Assembly (NCBI GenBank): GCA_002787405.1
Contig: PCWQ01000007.1
Coordinates: 166,250 to 230,249, forward strand
Length of the DNA stretch: 64,000 nt
Source: Candidatus Komeilibacteria bacterium CG11_big_fil_rev_8_21_14_0_20_36_20
GTDB lineage: Bacteria; Patescibacteriota; Patescibacteriia; UBA1558; GWA2-36-10
Reading direction: 5' to 3'
This document shows positions 51,628 through 59,900 of this stretch, in pieces. The position numbers and the translations under genes were made by a program. Within the stretch, counting starts at the first letter, position 1. Each line of letters starts with the position of its first letter. The notes under the pieces are model-generated. The model saw only the letters and a program-made list of their open reading frames with translations. It did not search any database and was not told where the DNA came from.

Positions 51628-52641
51628 TTACGGTTGCAAAATATCTTCGACCCGACCGTCAACGGAAATAATAACCTCATCAACACTGGAAAATTGCTTA
51701 AGTGTTTCTGTAATCTGCGCCCTAATAGCCCCTACTCGACATGAACCGCCAACGCCAGCTTCAAGCTGGTCGTTAAAATCAACTCTGGCCACGCCATCAA
51801 TAATACTTAACTCCTGAATGGCCACATCGCTATTAATAGAAGTTATAAATCCCCCTTCCTTTTCTTTAGCTGTAGGCCCCTTGAGTAATTCCAATAAAGC
51901 AGCTAAAGCCACCGCCTTCGTTGTTTTAATCTGCCTGACAACCGGCGTAACTTCCTGGCAATCATAATCTGGCGGTCCGGCTGTCTCTGGTGTCCCAAAA
52001 TATATTTCAATTGGCATTAAATCTTTTTCAAATAAAATCGGCAGTCGAAGTTCATCAGCATTTTCCGGCAAATCAGAAGGGTTATCTTTTTCCAAAACCA
52101 ACCATCCTTTTTCTGCTAAAGGCATTTCAAACTCTAATTCAGCTTCAAAAGGCACAAAATCTTCAGTCATCCATTCTCCTTGAGCTTGGGCTATGCCGCT
52201 AACCAATAGCTTATTATTATCGTCAAATAATTTAAAGGGAAAATCTCCTTCAAAAAACCAATAGCCCCTAGCTTGCCCTTGGATAGTTAATGGACTAAAA
52301 ATAGCTTGATTAGGTCGCGGATTATCTATTTTTATCAAATCCATTTTATCTAGTTCATTGCCAATCTCTTCAGTGAATGTTTCCCCATTAGGCATTTGAC
52401 ACCGTCGAGGATATATTTCTAAAATAGGATGCCCCGCTGCCACACATTCCTCAAAGTTAGTAGCCTGTTTTTCACCACATAATTCTGTCGGTTTCAACGC
52501 ACTAGGACTGCCATGCTTAACCCACTGCCCGTTACTGCAAAGCCAAGTATCTTCTGGCCCACCGAACACAAAACGCAAAACAAAAACAGCAAAAATAGCC
52601 AGAACTAATATAAAAAATATTTTTAATACTTTGTTACTCAT
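51628..52641 (-). CDS. membrane-anchored GerMN/Gmad2-domain protein (start moved to the internal Met)
   Basis: About 337 aa from ATG 52641 (MSNKVLKIFFILVL), which avoids overlap with the fabG-like gene. C-terminal GerMN-like pattern (ALLELLKGPT ... GFITSI ... VDF). Confidence 0.6.
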   Translation of the reverse strand: MSNKVLKIFFILVLAIFAVFVLRFVFGGPEDTWLCSNGQWVKHGSPSALKPTELCGEKQATNFEECVAAGHPILEIYPRRCQMPNGETFTEEIGNELDKMDLIKIDNPRPNQAIFSPLTIQGQARGYWFFEGDFPFKLFDDNNKLLVSGIAQAQGEWMTEDFVPFEAELEFEMPLAEKGWLVLEKDNPSDLPENADELRLPILFEKDLMPIEIYFGTPETAGPPDYDCQEVTPVVRQIKTTKAVALAALLELLKGPTAKEKEGGFITSINSDVAIQELSIIDGVARVDFNDQLEAGVGGSCRVGAIRAQITETLKQFSSVDEVIISVDGRVEDILQP

Positions 52642-52660
52642 AATAAAATTATAACATTCC

Positions 52661-53401
52661 TTAGCGCAAAGTCCAACCTCCATCAACGATAATCGTCTGA
52701 CCGGTAATATAATCTGATTTTTCAGAAGCTAAGAACGTCACGGCATTAGCTATATCTTGCGGCAACCCAAATCTGGACAAAGGAATCATAGCAATGGTCT
52801 GCTGTTTGGCTTCTTCGGTCAAACTCTTGCTGGCGCCCGGTGTTTCAATGGCTCCCGGAGCAATGGCATTGACGGTGATTTTTTGAGGGGCCAATTCCAA
52901 GGCCAAAACTCTAATCATACTGTTAATTGCTCCCTTGGAAGCACAATAATGAGTGAGGCCTTCAAAACCGACAAAAGCAGCAATTGAAGAAATGTTAATT
53001 ATCCGAGAGGCCTTTGGCATTATCTTTAGGGCTGACTTAGTGCATAAAAAAATACCTTTTAAGTTAACGCTAATAACTTTGTCCCAATCAGCTTCGGTCA
53101 TTTTTTCAAAAGGCACAGCCGGATAAATCCCGGCGTTGTTGACCAAAACATCCAATTTTTTAAACTTCTGCGATATCTTAGCCATTAAATTTTCAACTTC
53201 TGTTTTCTTGGAAACATCACACTTGACGGCCAGACAATCTGCTCCAATTTTTTTTATTTCTTGAGCGACTTTCTTGCAATCTGCCATTAAAACATCGCTA
53301 ATCACTACATTATATTTTTCTTTAGCTAAAGCCAAAGCAATGCCCCGTCCTATGCCCCGAGCTGCCCCGGTGACTAGAGCTGTTTTATTTTTGATAGCCA
53401 T
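52661..53401 (-). CDS. fabG: SDR oxidoreductase, 3-oxoacyl-ACP reductase-like
   Basis: 246 aa with TGAARGIGRGIA, NNAG, and a catalytic YCASK. Confidence 0.82.
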   Translation of the reverse strand: MAIKNKTALVTGAARGIGRGIALALAKEKYNVVISDVLMADCKKVAQEIKKIGADCLAVKCDVSKKTEVENLMAKISQKFKKLDVLVNNAGIYPAVPFEKMTEADWDKVISVNLKGIFLCTKSALKIMPKASRIINISSIAAFVGFEGLTHYCASKGAINSMIRVLALELAPQKITVNAIAPGAIETPGASKSLTEEAKQQTIAMIPLSRFGLPQDIANAVTFLASEKSDYITGQTIIVDGGWTLR

Positions 53402-53530
53402 ATATTTTTGATTAGTTGATTATTCCTATAGTTAAATTATATCAAACCAAAATTCGTTGTCTATAAAATAAAATGAAAATAAAACAAGGTCGTTGAAAAC
53501 CTTGCTTTAAATTTAGATATAAATTGACTC

Positions 53531-53893
53531 TTACCGATAAGCGAAGCCATCGGCTTCTGGATTAAATCTTTTAACGGCTACTGCGATTTTTTTAGGGGTC
53601 CTCCATGCTTTAACAGTCTCCCAAAAAGCTTCCCTGATATTTACTGCCAAACGACTTCTGACAGCATTTGTCCGTTCCGGTTTATCGAAAAGTAATTCCA
53701 TAATTATATATACCGGAATGTCATTTGATGTAACCGTGGGGTCTTGAGGGAAAGAATATCCGATGTCATCTTCAGTTAATCCCAATTCTGAGACATACAG
53801 TATTTTTTTAGTGATAGCTTTTTCGATAGCACTAATTTTATCCTCATCCTTTAATTCATCTTGCGTCAAATTATAAATTACAATAAGTGGCAT
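53531..53893 (-). CDS. hypothetical protein, possibly tautomerase/MIF superfamily (N-terminal Pro after Met)
   Basis: 120 aa. MPLIVIYNL resembles the N-terminal beta-strand of MIF and tautomerases. Weak. Confidence 0.4.
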   Translation of the reverse strand: MPLIVIYNLTQDELKDEDKISAIEKAITKKILYVSELGLTEDDIGYSFPQDPTVTSNDIPVYIIMELLFDKPERTNAVRSRLAVNIREAFWETVKAWRTPKKIAVAVKRFNPEADGFAYR

Positions 53894-53981
53894 GAATGCC
53901 TCCTTTAATAAGTTTACAAGAACAATTAATCAGAGTAGATTATCATGCTTTAATAATATTGTCAATGATGCTCATCCTATC

Positions 53982-54056
53982 TGGCTCCGGGGGAGGGATT
54001 CGAACCCACGACCAATTGATTAACAGTCAACTGCTCTACCACTGAGCTACCCCGGA
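53982..54056 (-). tRNA. tRNA-Asn (GTT)
   Basis: 75-nt manual cloverleaf. Acceptor TCCGGGG/CCCCGGA, D-arm GCTC/GAGC, anticodon arm GTTGA-CTGTTAA-TCAAT (U33, GTT, A37), T-loop TTCGAAT. CCA is encoded. Confidence 0.85.
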
Positions 54057-54310
54057 ATGTATTTAAAATTTTTTATCAGTTTTTCTTTTTGTATCTTGCT
54101 CCAACTTTTTACCTGCACTTCTCTTTGCATGGCTTTTTTTCTAGTATTAAAAATTTCAAAATAAATTATTTTAATGGGCCTTCTATATTTGGTATATTTT
54201 GCTCCTCGTCCAATATTATGTCGCTGCTCCCTTCTTTTTATATTATTAGTATATCCAGAATATAATGTATTATCATTACAACGTGCTAAATAAAAATAAT
54301 ATTTTTGCAT
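54047..54310 (-). CDS. GIY-YIG nuclease-domain protein (UPF0213-like)
   Basis: 87 aa with YYFYLARCNDNTLYSGYTNNIKRREQRHN ... GAKYT. Its 3' end overlaps the tRNA-Asn 5' end by 10 nt. Confidence 0.75.
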   Translation of the reverse strand: MQKYYFYLARCNDNTLYSGYTNNIKRREQRHNIGRGAKYTKYRRPIKIIYFEIFNTRKKAMQREVQVKSWSKIQKEKLIKNFKYIPG

Positions 54311-54428
54311 ATCGCTTTCTTTAAGAAAATGTCCCTCGACTTTTATACAGAATCGAATGGTTGAAGCTCTGAATGAAATGAAGAACTGAAACCACGAGCG
54401 AGGAGGAACAAAGTGACGACGAGTCGAG

Positions 54429-54504
54429 TGGTAGCGGGGGCCGGACTCGAACCGGCGACCTCCAGGTTATGGGCCTGGCGAGCTGCCAACTGCTCTACCC
54501 CGCG
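54429..54504 (-). tRNA. tRNA with CAT anticodon (Met/fMet/Ile2 class), atypical
   Basis: 76 nt. D-arm GAGC/GCTC, anticodon arm CCAGG-CCCATAA-CCTGG (C at position 33), T-arm GCCGG-TTCGAGT-CCGGC. Acceptor has a C1xU72 mismatch. CCA is encoded. Confidence 0.7.
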
Positions 54505-54596
54505 TCGTTGAAAAATATTTGCTTATTGATTTTTATTTTTCTTCTTTTCCATGCTATCTAACAAAGCGTCAACCGCCGAAGTATATTGCCGCGGTG

Positions 54597-55430
54597 TTAA
54601 ATACCAAGCATTATGCGTGTCAGCGATCTCTCCGGTTTTTTCACATCTCCTACGGAGAGAAAACCATCCACCATGTCTTTTTTGACCATGCGTTGCATTC
54701 TATCCATGGGGAAAGCTTTATCGCCAACGGGATGAATAATCACAATGCCTACTCCATGACGTTTCAATTCTTATAAATTATTCTGCAACTGCATTTCCGC
54801 TATCGCCTTCACTTCTTCCACCGATTTTTTTGGTCCTTGAGCCAATACTTTTAATGCTTCCTTGAATGCTGTATTTATTTTTGAGGTACGCTGAGGACTT
54901 TTCTGACGATCTTGATATTGCTGAAGCATATCCGAACTAAATCGTGCTGTTAAATTCCAAAACTTATCATCCCCAATCAAACCGGCCGGCGCAAAATAAA
55001 TGATATTTCTAAATTTTTCCGGATTCTGTAAAGCGGCGATAGTGGTGAACAAAGCACCTTCTGAATGAGTAACCACATCCGTCTGGTCTAAACCTTTTTC
55101 TGCTATCACTCTCGTCACTGCCATGACCTTTCTCAATTCTGCAAGGGGAAATTCTCCCGGATCTTTTGTCTCCAATCCATGAGGGGTGCTAATGGTAATG
55201 CTCCTGCGAGCACATTCTCCCGATATGATTAAAGCGTTCTCTTTATGAACTTCAGCAGTAGCAGACCAGCCGGGAATAATCATGACCGGCGTATCTGTTT
55301 TTTTATCCGGAGGATCAATATCAACCACTTCTACTTTGCCTTTAGGAAATTATGCAAATTCCAACATTTCGGGATGTTTAAACGGCTCCTCTAAAAATGA
55401 TTCTGAATATGGTAATTTTCTTTCAAACAT
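54597..55430 (-). pseudogene. alpha/beta-hydrolase gene interrupted by two in-frame TAA codons
   Basis: One continuous frame on the minus strand: MFERKLPYSESFLEEPFKHPEMLEFA-TAA-FPKGKVEVVDID ... HSEGA (nucleophile elbow) ... LQNNL-TAA-ELKRHGVGIVIIHPVGDKAFPMDR ... IMLGI. The track shows only the middle piece (54771..55328). Confidence 0.65.
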
Positions 55431-55454
55431 CAATGATCCCACTAAACAATTAAT

Positions 55455-55573
55455 TGGTCGGGGTGATCCCGCATAGCGGGACAACCTCATGCACCCCATG
55501 CATATCTTTACCCGCCAAAGCAATAGCGACGGCGGACTATGCGTACGCGCTAGACCAACTGCGCCACACCCCG
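55455..55573 (-). other. aberrant 119-nt tRNA-like element with an oversized central region
   Basis: Canonical acceptor (CGGGGTG/CACCCCG + A + CCA) and D-arm (GCGC-AGTTGGTCTA-GCGC), but about 63 nt between the D-arm and a non-canonical T-like hairpin (GTCCC-GCTATGC-GGGAT). Internal hairpin ATGCA-TGGGG-TGCAT. No canonical anticodon arm was found. Confidence 0.45.
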
Positions 55574-55585
55574 CAAATTATCAAA

Positions 55586-55614
55586 AGTATAAAGGATAAT
55601 AGCTTAATTGGCAA
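55586..55614 (-). promoter_or_regulatory. sigma70-like promoter (TTGCCA-N17-TATACT) driving the tRNA-like element
   Basis: -35 at 55614-55609 and -10 at 55591-55586 on the minus strand, 12 nt upstream of the element's 5' end. Confidence 0.5.
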
Positions 55615-55687
55615 GATTTGGTAATATGGTGCCCTTCGATTCGCTACGCTCACTCAGGGCATTCGACTTCCTACTATATATAATCTA

Positions 55688-55742
55688 ATAGTGAGTGGTC
55701 AAAGACCATGAGCGGAGACGAGCTAGGCTCGTCGGAGTCGAA
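55688..55742 (-). repeat. tRNA 3'-trailer repeat, copy A (after tRNA-Ala)
   Basis: Minus strand TTCGACTCC-GACGAGC-cta-GCTCGTC-TCCGCTCATGGTCTTTGACCACTCACT directly abutting the CCA. Near-identical to copy B. Confidence 0.6.
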
Positions 55743-55819
55743 TGGTGGACTGTACAGGACTTGAACCTGCGACCTCTTCCATGCCATGGAAGCGCTCTAG
55801 CCAACTGAGCTAACAGCCC
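55743..55819 (-). tRNA. tRNA-Ala (GGC)
   Basis: 77 nt. Acceptor GGGCTGT/ACAGTCC with the G3-U70 Ala identity pair. Anticodon arm CTTCC-ATGGCAT-GGAAG (GGC). T-arm GCAGG-TTCAAGT-CCTGT. CCA is encoded. Confidence 0.9.
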
Positions 55820-55940
55820 TCAATTAGTAAATGCCCTTCGGCTTCCTGCCTGCTCATTCAAGTCTGAGCCTGAGGGCTCATCCCTCAGAGTCGAAGACCG
55901 GTAGGCAGGCACTCAGGACACTCGAGTTCTTACCATATAT

Positions 55941-55997
55941 ATAGTGAGTGGTCGAAGACCATGAGCGGAGACGAGCTTAACTCGTCGGAGTCGAATG
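55941..55997 (-). repeat. tRNA 3'-trailer repeat, copy B (after the second CAT tRNA)
   Basis: Same element as 55688-55742 with hairpin loop TTAA instead of CTA and TTCGACC in place of TTTGACC. A diverged third copy follows the first CAT tRNA at 54380-54428. Confidence 0.6.
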
Positions 55998-56072
55998 GTA
56001 GCAGGGGCGGGAATCGAACCCACGACCTCAGGCTTATGAGTCCTGCGCTCTAACCAACTGAGCTACCCTGCC
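55996..56072 (-). tRNA. tRNA with CAT anticodon (elongator Met or Ile2/lysidine type)
   Basis: 77 nt. Acceptor GGCAGGG/CCCTGCT (G1-U72 wobble). D-arm GCTC/GAGC. Anticodon loop CTCATAA (U33, CAT, A37). T-arm GTGGG-TTCGATT-CCCGC. CCA is encoded. Confidence 0.8.
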
Positions 56073-56177
56073 GCGTAAAGTTGCTACGCAACCACGCGGT
56101 TTGCCTAGTTACATAGCTTTTATTTTTATTTACAATAAGTGGCGATGCCACGTAATCCCGCAAAGCGGAATTTTACG

Positions 56178-56262
56178 TGGTACCGAAGGAGGGACTCGAA
56201 CCCTCATGGCTTGCGCCACACGATTTTGAGTCGTGCGTGTCTACCAGTTCCACCACTTCGGC
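56178..56262 (-). tRNA. tRNA-Leu (CAA), class II
   Basis: 85 nt. Acceptor GCCGAAG/CTTCGGT. Anticodon arm CACGA-CTCAAAA-TCGTG (CAA). 13-nt variable arm. T-arm GAGGG-TTCGAGT-CCCTC. CCA is encoded. Confidence 0.85.
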
Positions 56263-56278
56263 CTAACAAACAAAGCTG

Positions 56279-56307
56279 ATTTTACAATAAAACTAAGTTT
56301 AAGTCAA
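56279..56307 (-). promoter_or_regulatory. sigma70-like promoter (TTGACT-N17-TAAAAT) for tRNA-Leu
   Basis: -35 at 56307-56302 and -10 at 56284-56279, about 16 nt upstream of the tRNA 5' end. Overlaps the end of the glycosyltransferase gene. Confidence 0.5.
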
Positions 56308-56309
56308 CC

Positions 56310-57968
56310 TTAATTAACTAGCTTTAAACGACCCTGATCAAAGGTCAACCAATATACTTCTTGATTAATAATTTTATCTTTTAATTCTTCTTTTGGTATT
56401 AACCGAATGACATTAGCTGTATAATTTTGATAGTTATAATTCCACAATTCAAAATAAACCTCATTAAAGACAATGGAAGTTTGACCGGTGACCACATAAC
56501 CGCCATTAATACTTTCGGCAAACCAACCTAAAGCATCCTGACGCCACTTGAGCAAAGAGGTGTTTATATTGTCTAAAGAAAGTTGAGTATAAACCGGCAA
56601 AGGTTTGATCTGCGGATGATTGGCAGGATAATAAAATTCTAGGGCTTGCTGAAGATTATTGCGAAAAACCTCAGCGCCGGATAAATTGTCAGGCAAGCCG
56701 ACTGAAATCAACTCTTGACCGGCGGACAAATTTAAATCAGCGTAACTTTCCACTATTTGTTGGCTCAAACGACTGCTCTCTTGCCAGATACTAATCTTTT
56801 GCTGAATAATAATAAAACAACTAAAAAAGATAATGGCCATCAAAGCTAATTTTAATTTATCAGCCAACTTAATTCTAGCTAGCAGAAAAATCAGCCATAG
56901 AACAAAAAATACGGCTGGTAGATACAAATAACGTTCCCCGGAAAAAGTAAAACGGTGCAACATCAAAGCCATAACTGGACCTAAACTAAAAAAAAGACTG
57001 ACCAGAAGAGTAAATTGAAACCATTTAAACTTGGTAAATAAATAGAAAAAATACAAAGACAAAATTGTCAAAAACATTATAACTACGGAATCCAAATAAT
57101 AATACTCCAGTTTGAAGAATAGTCCCCGCCAATGTCCAACGCTCACCAATTCATTGATATAACCGGCCAAATTACCGATCCACCCAATAATTGATAATTC
57201 AAAATGAGCTTGAGCGTAATAGCCAAATAATAAACCAGTTGACTGGTAACGCCCGATCATAAAAAATAATAAAATTAGGAGATAAAAGAGAAAAAATTTC
57301 GGTTTTTTCTTGTCGCTCACCTGATTTCTTTGGGCCACAGAAAAAAAATAAATTTCCCAAATCAAAATAACCAACGGCAAGCTGATAGCTACTTCTTTAA
57401 TGAGTAGAGCTATTATAAAAAATAATATTGATAAAACCAAAATCGGCCAGCGACGCATTTGATGAAAATAAAAATAAACCGTTAAAGAGCAAAGATAGAA
57501 TAAAGTCATCCATAAATGAGGCCAAGCCGAAACCCAAGCCACAGACTCCACTTGAGTGGGCCAAATTAAAAATAAAAAACCGGCCAAAAAAGACCAATTC
57601 TTAAACTGCTTTAATTCAAAACTATGGAACAATTGACGAGCTAAAACATAAACTAAAAAAGCATTAGTGGCCTGTAAAACAATACTGGCCAGATGATAAC
57701 AAAAATATTTCAAACCAAAACCAGCATAAAATATTTTAAAAATAACCAAGAGCAAAGGATTATAAGACCCGCCGAGATTACCTCCTTCATAATTAGTCAG
57801 AAAAAACCGCCAGCTCCATTGAGTCTCTTGAGACAACTGTAGCCAATGAAAATCATCCGACACAAAAAAATTTCCTAAAATTCGACCAAAAAAAATAAAA
57901 GCCACGGTTAAAAATATCAACCAGATAAAAATTAGCTGGTATTTAATTTTAGACTTTAAAAAAATCAT
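56310..57968 (-). CDS. GT-C-fold membrane glycosyltransferase (PMT/ArnT-like family)
   Basis: 552 aa with about 11 N-terminal TM helices, an early DD motif (FVSDDFHW), and a soluble C-terminal domain. Confidence 0.6.
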   Translation of the reverse strand: MIFLKSKIKYQLIFIWLIFLTVAFIFFGRILGNFFVSDDFHWLQLSQETQWSWRFFLTNYEGGNLGGSYNPLLLVIFKIFYAGFGLKYFCYHLASIVLQATNAFLVYVLARQLFHSFELKQFKNWSFLAGFLFLIWPTQVESVAWVSAWPHLWMTLFYLCSLTVYFYFHQMRRWPILVLSILFFIIALLIKEVAISLPLVILIWEIYFFSVAQRNQVSDKKKPKFFLFYLLILLFFMIGRYQSTGLLFGYYAQAHFELSIIGWIGNLAGYINELVSVGHWRGLFFKLEYYYLDSVVIMFLTILSLYFFYLFTKFKWFQFTLLVSLFFSLGPVMALMLHRFTFSGERYLYLPAVFFVLWLIFLLARIKLADKLKLALMAIIFFSCFIIIQQKISIWQESSRLSQQIVESYADLNLSAGQELISVGLPDNLSGAEVFRNNLQQALEFYYPANHPQIKPLPVYTQLSLDNINTSLLKWRQDALGWFAESINGGYVVTGQTSIVFNEVYFELWNYNYQNYTANVIRLIPKEELKDKIINQEVYWLTFDQGRLKLVN

Positions 57969-58429
57969 TAATTAAAAACTGTTTTAATCATCGCTAAAGT
58001 AACCACTATTTGAAAAGGAACACCATAAACAAATGAATAACGAAATTTAATTATATTATGAATGCGTTGATGAAAAGTTAAATACCATGAAGAAAAATTA
58101 AACTTCAGTTGTTCCAAACTAATCCACAACATATCAGGTAACCAGGCGCCACTGACCGCACCAAGCAGAACGCTCTCCTTAAAATAAGGATATCGAGAGA
58201 TAAAAAAATAAAGCAATGAAGATGCTAAAAGAAGATCAACGATGCTTATTCGTAATAGATAGAATAATTTTCCTCTTTTTGTTTTTTGATGTCTAGCAAA
58301 ATCTTCATCTCCATGAGGGATAAAATCTAAAACAAAATGAGAAATTACACCTAAAACAAAAGCTAATAAAGGATTAGTTACTTTAGTAGTTATTAATAAA
58401 GCTAATGAAGTGTGGGGCGTTAAAAACAT
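57968..58429 (-). CDS. hypothetical membrane protein (possibly DUF457/YdjM-like metal-dependent hydrolase)
   Basis: 153 aa with about 4 TM helices. Has SHFVLDFIPHGDED. Confidence 0.45.
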   Translation of the reverse strand: MFLTPHTSLALLITTKVTNPLLAFVLGVISHFVLDFIPHGDEDFARHQKTKRGKLFYLLRISIVDLLLASSLLYFFISRYPYFKESVLLGAVSGAWLPDMLWISLEQLKFNFSSWYLTFHQRIHNIIKFRYSFVYGVPFQIVVTLAMIKTVFN

Positions 58430-58496
58430 ATTTCAAATTATCAGCCTATCGCCTAAAAGGCGCCCACCCCGTGAGTGGTATGTTCATAGTATCACA

Positions 58497-58540
58497 AAAA
58501 AACAACAAAAAAAAGGTAGTTTTAAATATTAAAACTACCC
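58497..58540 (-). terminator. intrinsic terminator of rpoD
   Basis: Minus strand GGGTAGTTTTAA-tatt-TAAAACTACC followed by TTTTTTTTGTTGTTTTTTTG. Confidence 0.8.
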
Positions 58541-58562
58541 TTAATAAAAATAATAAATCAAT

Positions 58563-59897
58563 TTAATAATCCCTTAATTTCCGCATGTCCTCATGTTTTT
58601 TAATTCTTTCCAAAGCTTTAGCTTCAATCTGACGAATACGCTCACGAGTGACCCCGAATTCCTGCCCTACTTCTTCTAAAGTATGAGCCACACCGTCAGC
58701 TAGACCAAAACGCATTTCTAATATTTTCTGCTCGCGGGGAGTTAAGTCGCTAATCACCTTTTTGACATGATCTTCTAATAATTTTAAAGAAGCTACTCTG
58801 TCTGGGCTGATATTTTTTTCATCTTCAATAAAATCACCCAAAGTACTATCTTCATCATCATCGCCGACCGATGCCTCCAAAGAAACTGTTTCCTGCGAAA
58901 TTTTAATAATCTGCCTAATTTTGTCAATGTCTTCACCCATTTCGGCGGCAATTTCCTCAGGCAAGGGATCACGACCCAGCTCCTGTACCAAACGACGCTC
59001 TACTTGATTAAAACGATTAATTGTCTCCACCATATGCACGGGAATTCTAATAGTGCGAGATTGATCGGCTAAAGCTCGAGTAATGGCCTGACGAATCCAC
59101 CAAGTGGCGTAAGTGGAAAACTTATAACCCCGACGATAATCAAATTTTTCCACTGCTCTAAATAAGCCAATATTGCCCTCCTGAATTAAATCTAATAAAG
59201 TCAGAGATCGACCGGTATATTTTTTGGCAATGGAAACAACTAAACGCAAATTTGATTCAATCAACTTTTTCTTGGCCTCAACATCATTTTTTTCTTTGCG
59301 CTTAGCATACATTACTTCTTCTTCCGAAGTCAGCAACGGCACCTTACCTATTTCTCTTAAATACATCTGAATAGAGTCAGCAGCAATATCAGTTAAATCA
59401 CCACGCTTATCATCTCCTTTTAATCCTGAGGTGGATAAAATATCGCTGGTTTCAAGATATCTATCTAAAATACTTCCCTCGGTGGCGATCACTTGAACAC
59501 CTAAATCAACTAACTTATCTAAGAAATTCTCCAAATCATAAATATAGTCTTCCAAACTAATAAAAACCCTTAAAATTTCATCTTCCGTAACAAAACAGCG
59601 AAAATGAGTTTTCTTCACTAAGTCATCTACTGCTCCCTTATCTAATTTAATTTTGGGCTCTCTGCTTTGGGTTTGCTTCTGAATAGCTTTCTTACGAGTG
59701 GCCACTTTGTTTCTAACAACTTTCTTAGTGGCTCTAATCTTTTTTCTCGTTATTAATTGCTTTCTACTCTGCTTTGGTTTTTTATTTTTATTTGTTCTGG
59801 TGTTGGTAGGACTTTTTTTCTTTTTATTCAATTTTCTAACGACTTTCTTCGAGTTAGACTTCCGACTAACAGTCGTTTTTTTCTTTTTAACAGGCAT
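58563..59897 (-). CDS. rpoD: RNA polymerase primary sigma factor (sigma70) with a Lys-rich N-terminal extension
   Basis: 444 aa with region 2 ([37 protein letters not shown]) and regions 3-4. Confidence 0.95.
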   Translation of the reverse strand: MPVKKKKTTVSRKSNSKKVVRKLNKKKKSPTNTRTNKNKKPKQSRKQLITRKKIRATKKVVRNKVATRKKAIQKQTQSREPKIKLDKGAVDDLVKKTHFRCFVTEDEILRVFISLEDYIYDLENFLDKLVDLGVQVIATEGSILDRYLETSDILSTSGLKGDDKRGDLTDIAADSIQMYLREIGKVPLLTSEEEVMYAKRKEKNDVEAKKKLIESNLRLVVSIAKKYTGRSLTLLDLIQEGNIGLFRAVEKFDYRRGYKFSTYATWWIRQAITRALADQSRTIRIPVHMVETINRFNQVERRLVQELGRDPLPEEIAAEMGEDIDKIRQIIKISQETVSLEASVGDDDEDSTLGDFIEDEKNISPDRVASLKLLEDHVKKVISDLTPREQKILEMRFGLADGVAHTLEEVGQEFGVTRERIRQIEAKALERIKKHEDMRKLRDY

Positions 59898-59900
59898 AAT

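Noticed and set aside
54519-54776. Plus-strand 85-aa ORF.
   Set aside because: It is antisense to the C-terminal segment of the alpha/beta-hydrolase pseudogene, whose minus-strand frame encodes recognisable hydrolase sequence.
55282-55476. Plus-strand 64-aa ORF.
   Set aside because: It is antisense to the N-terminal part of the hydrolase pseudogene.
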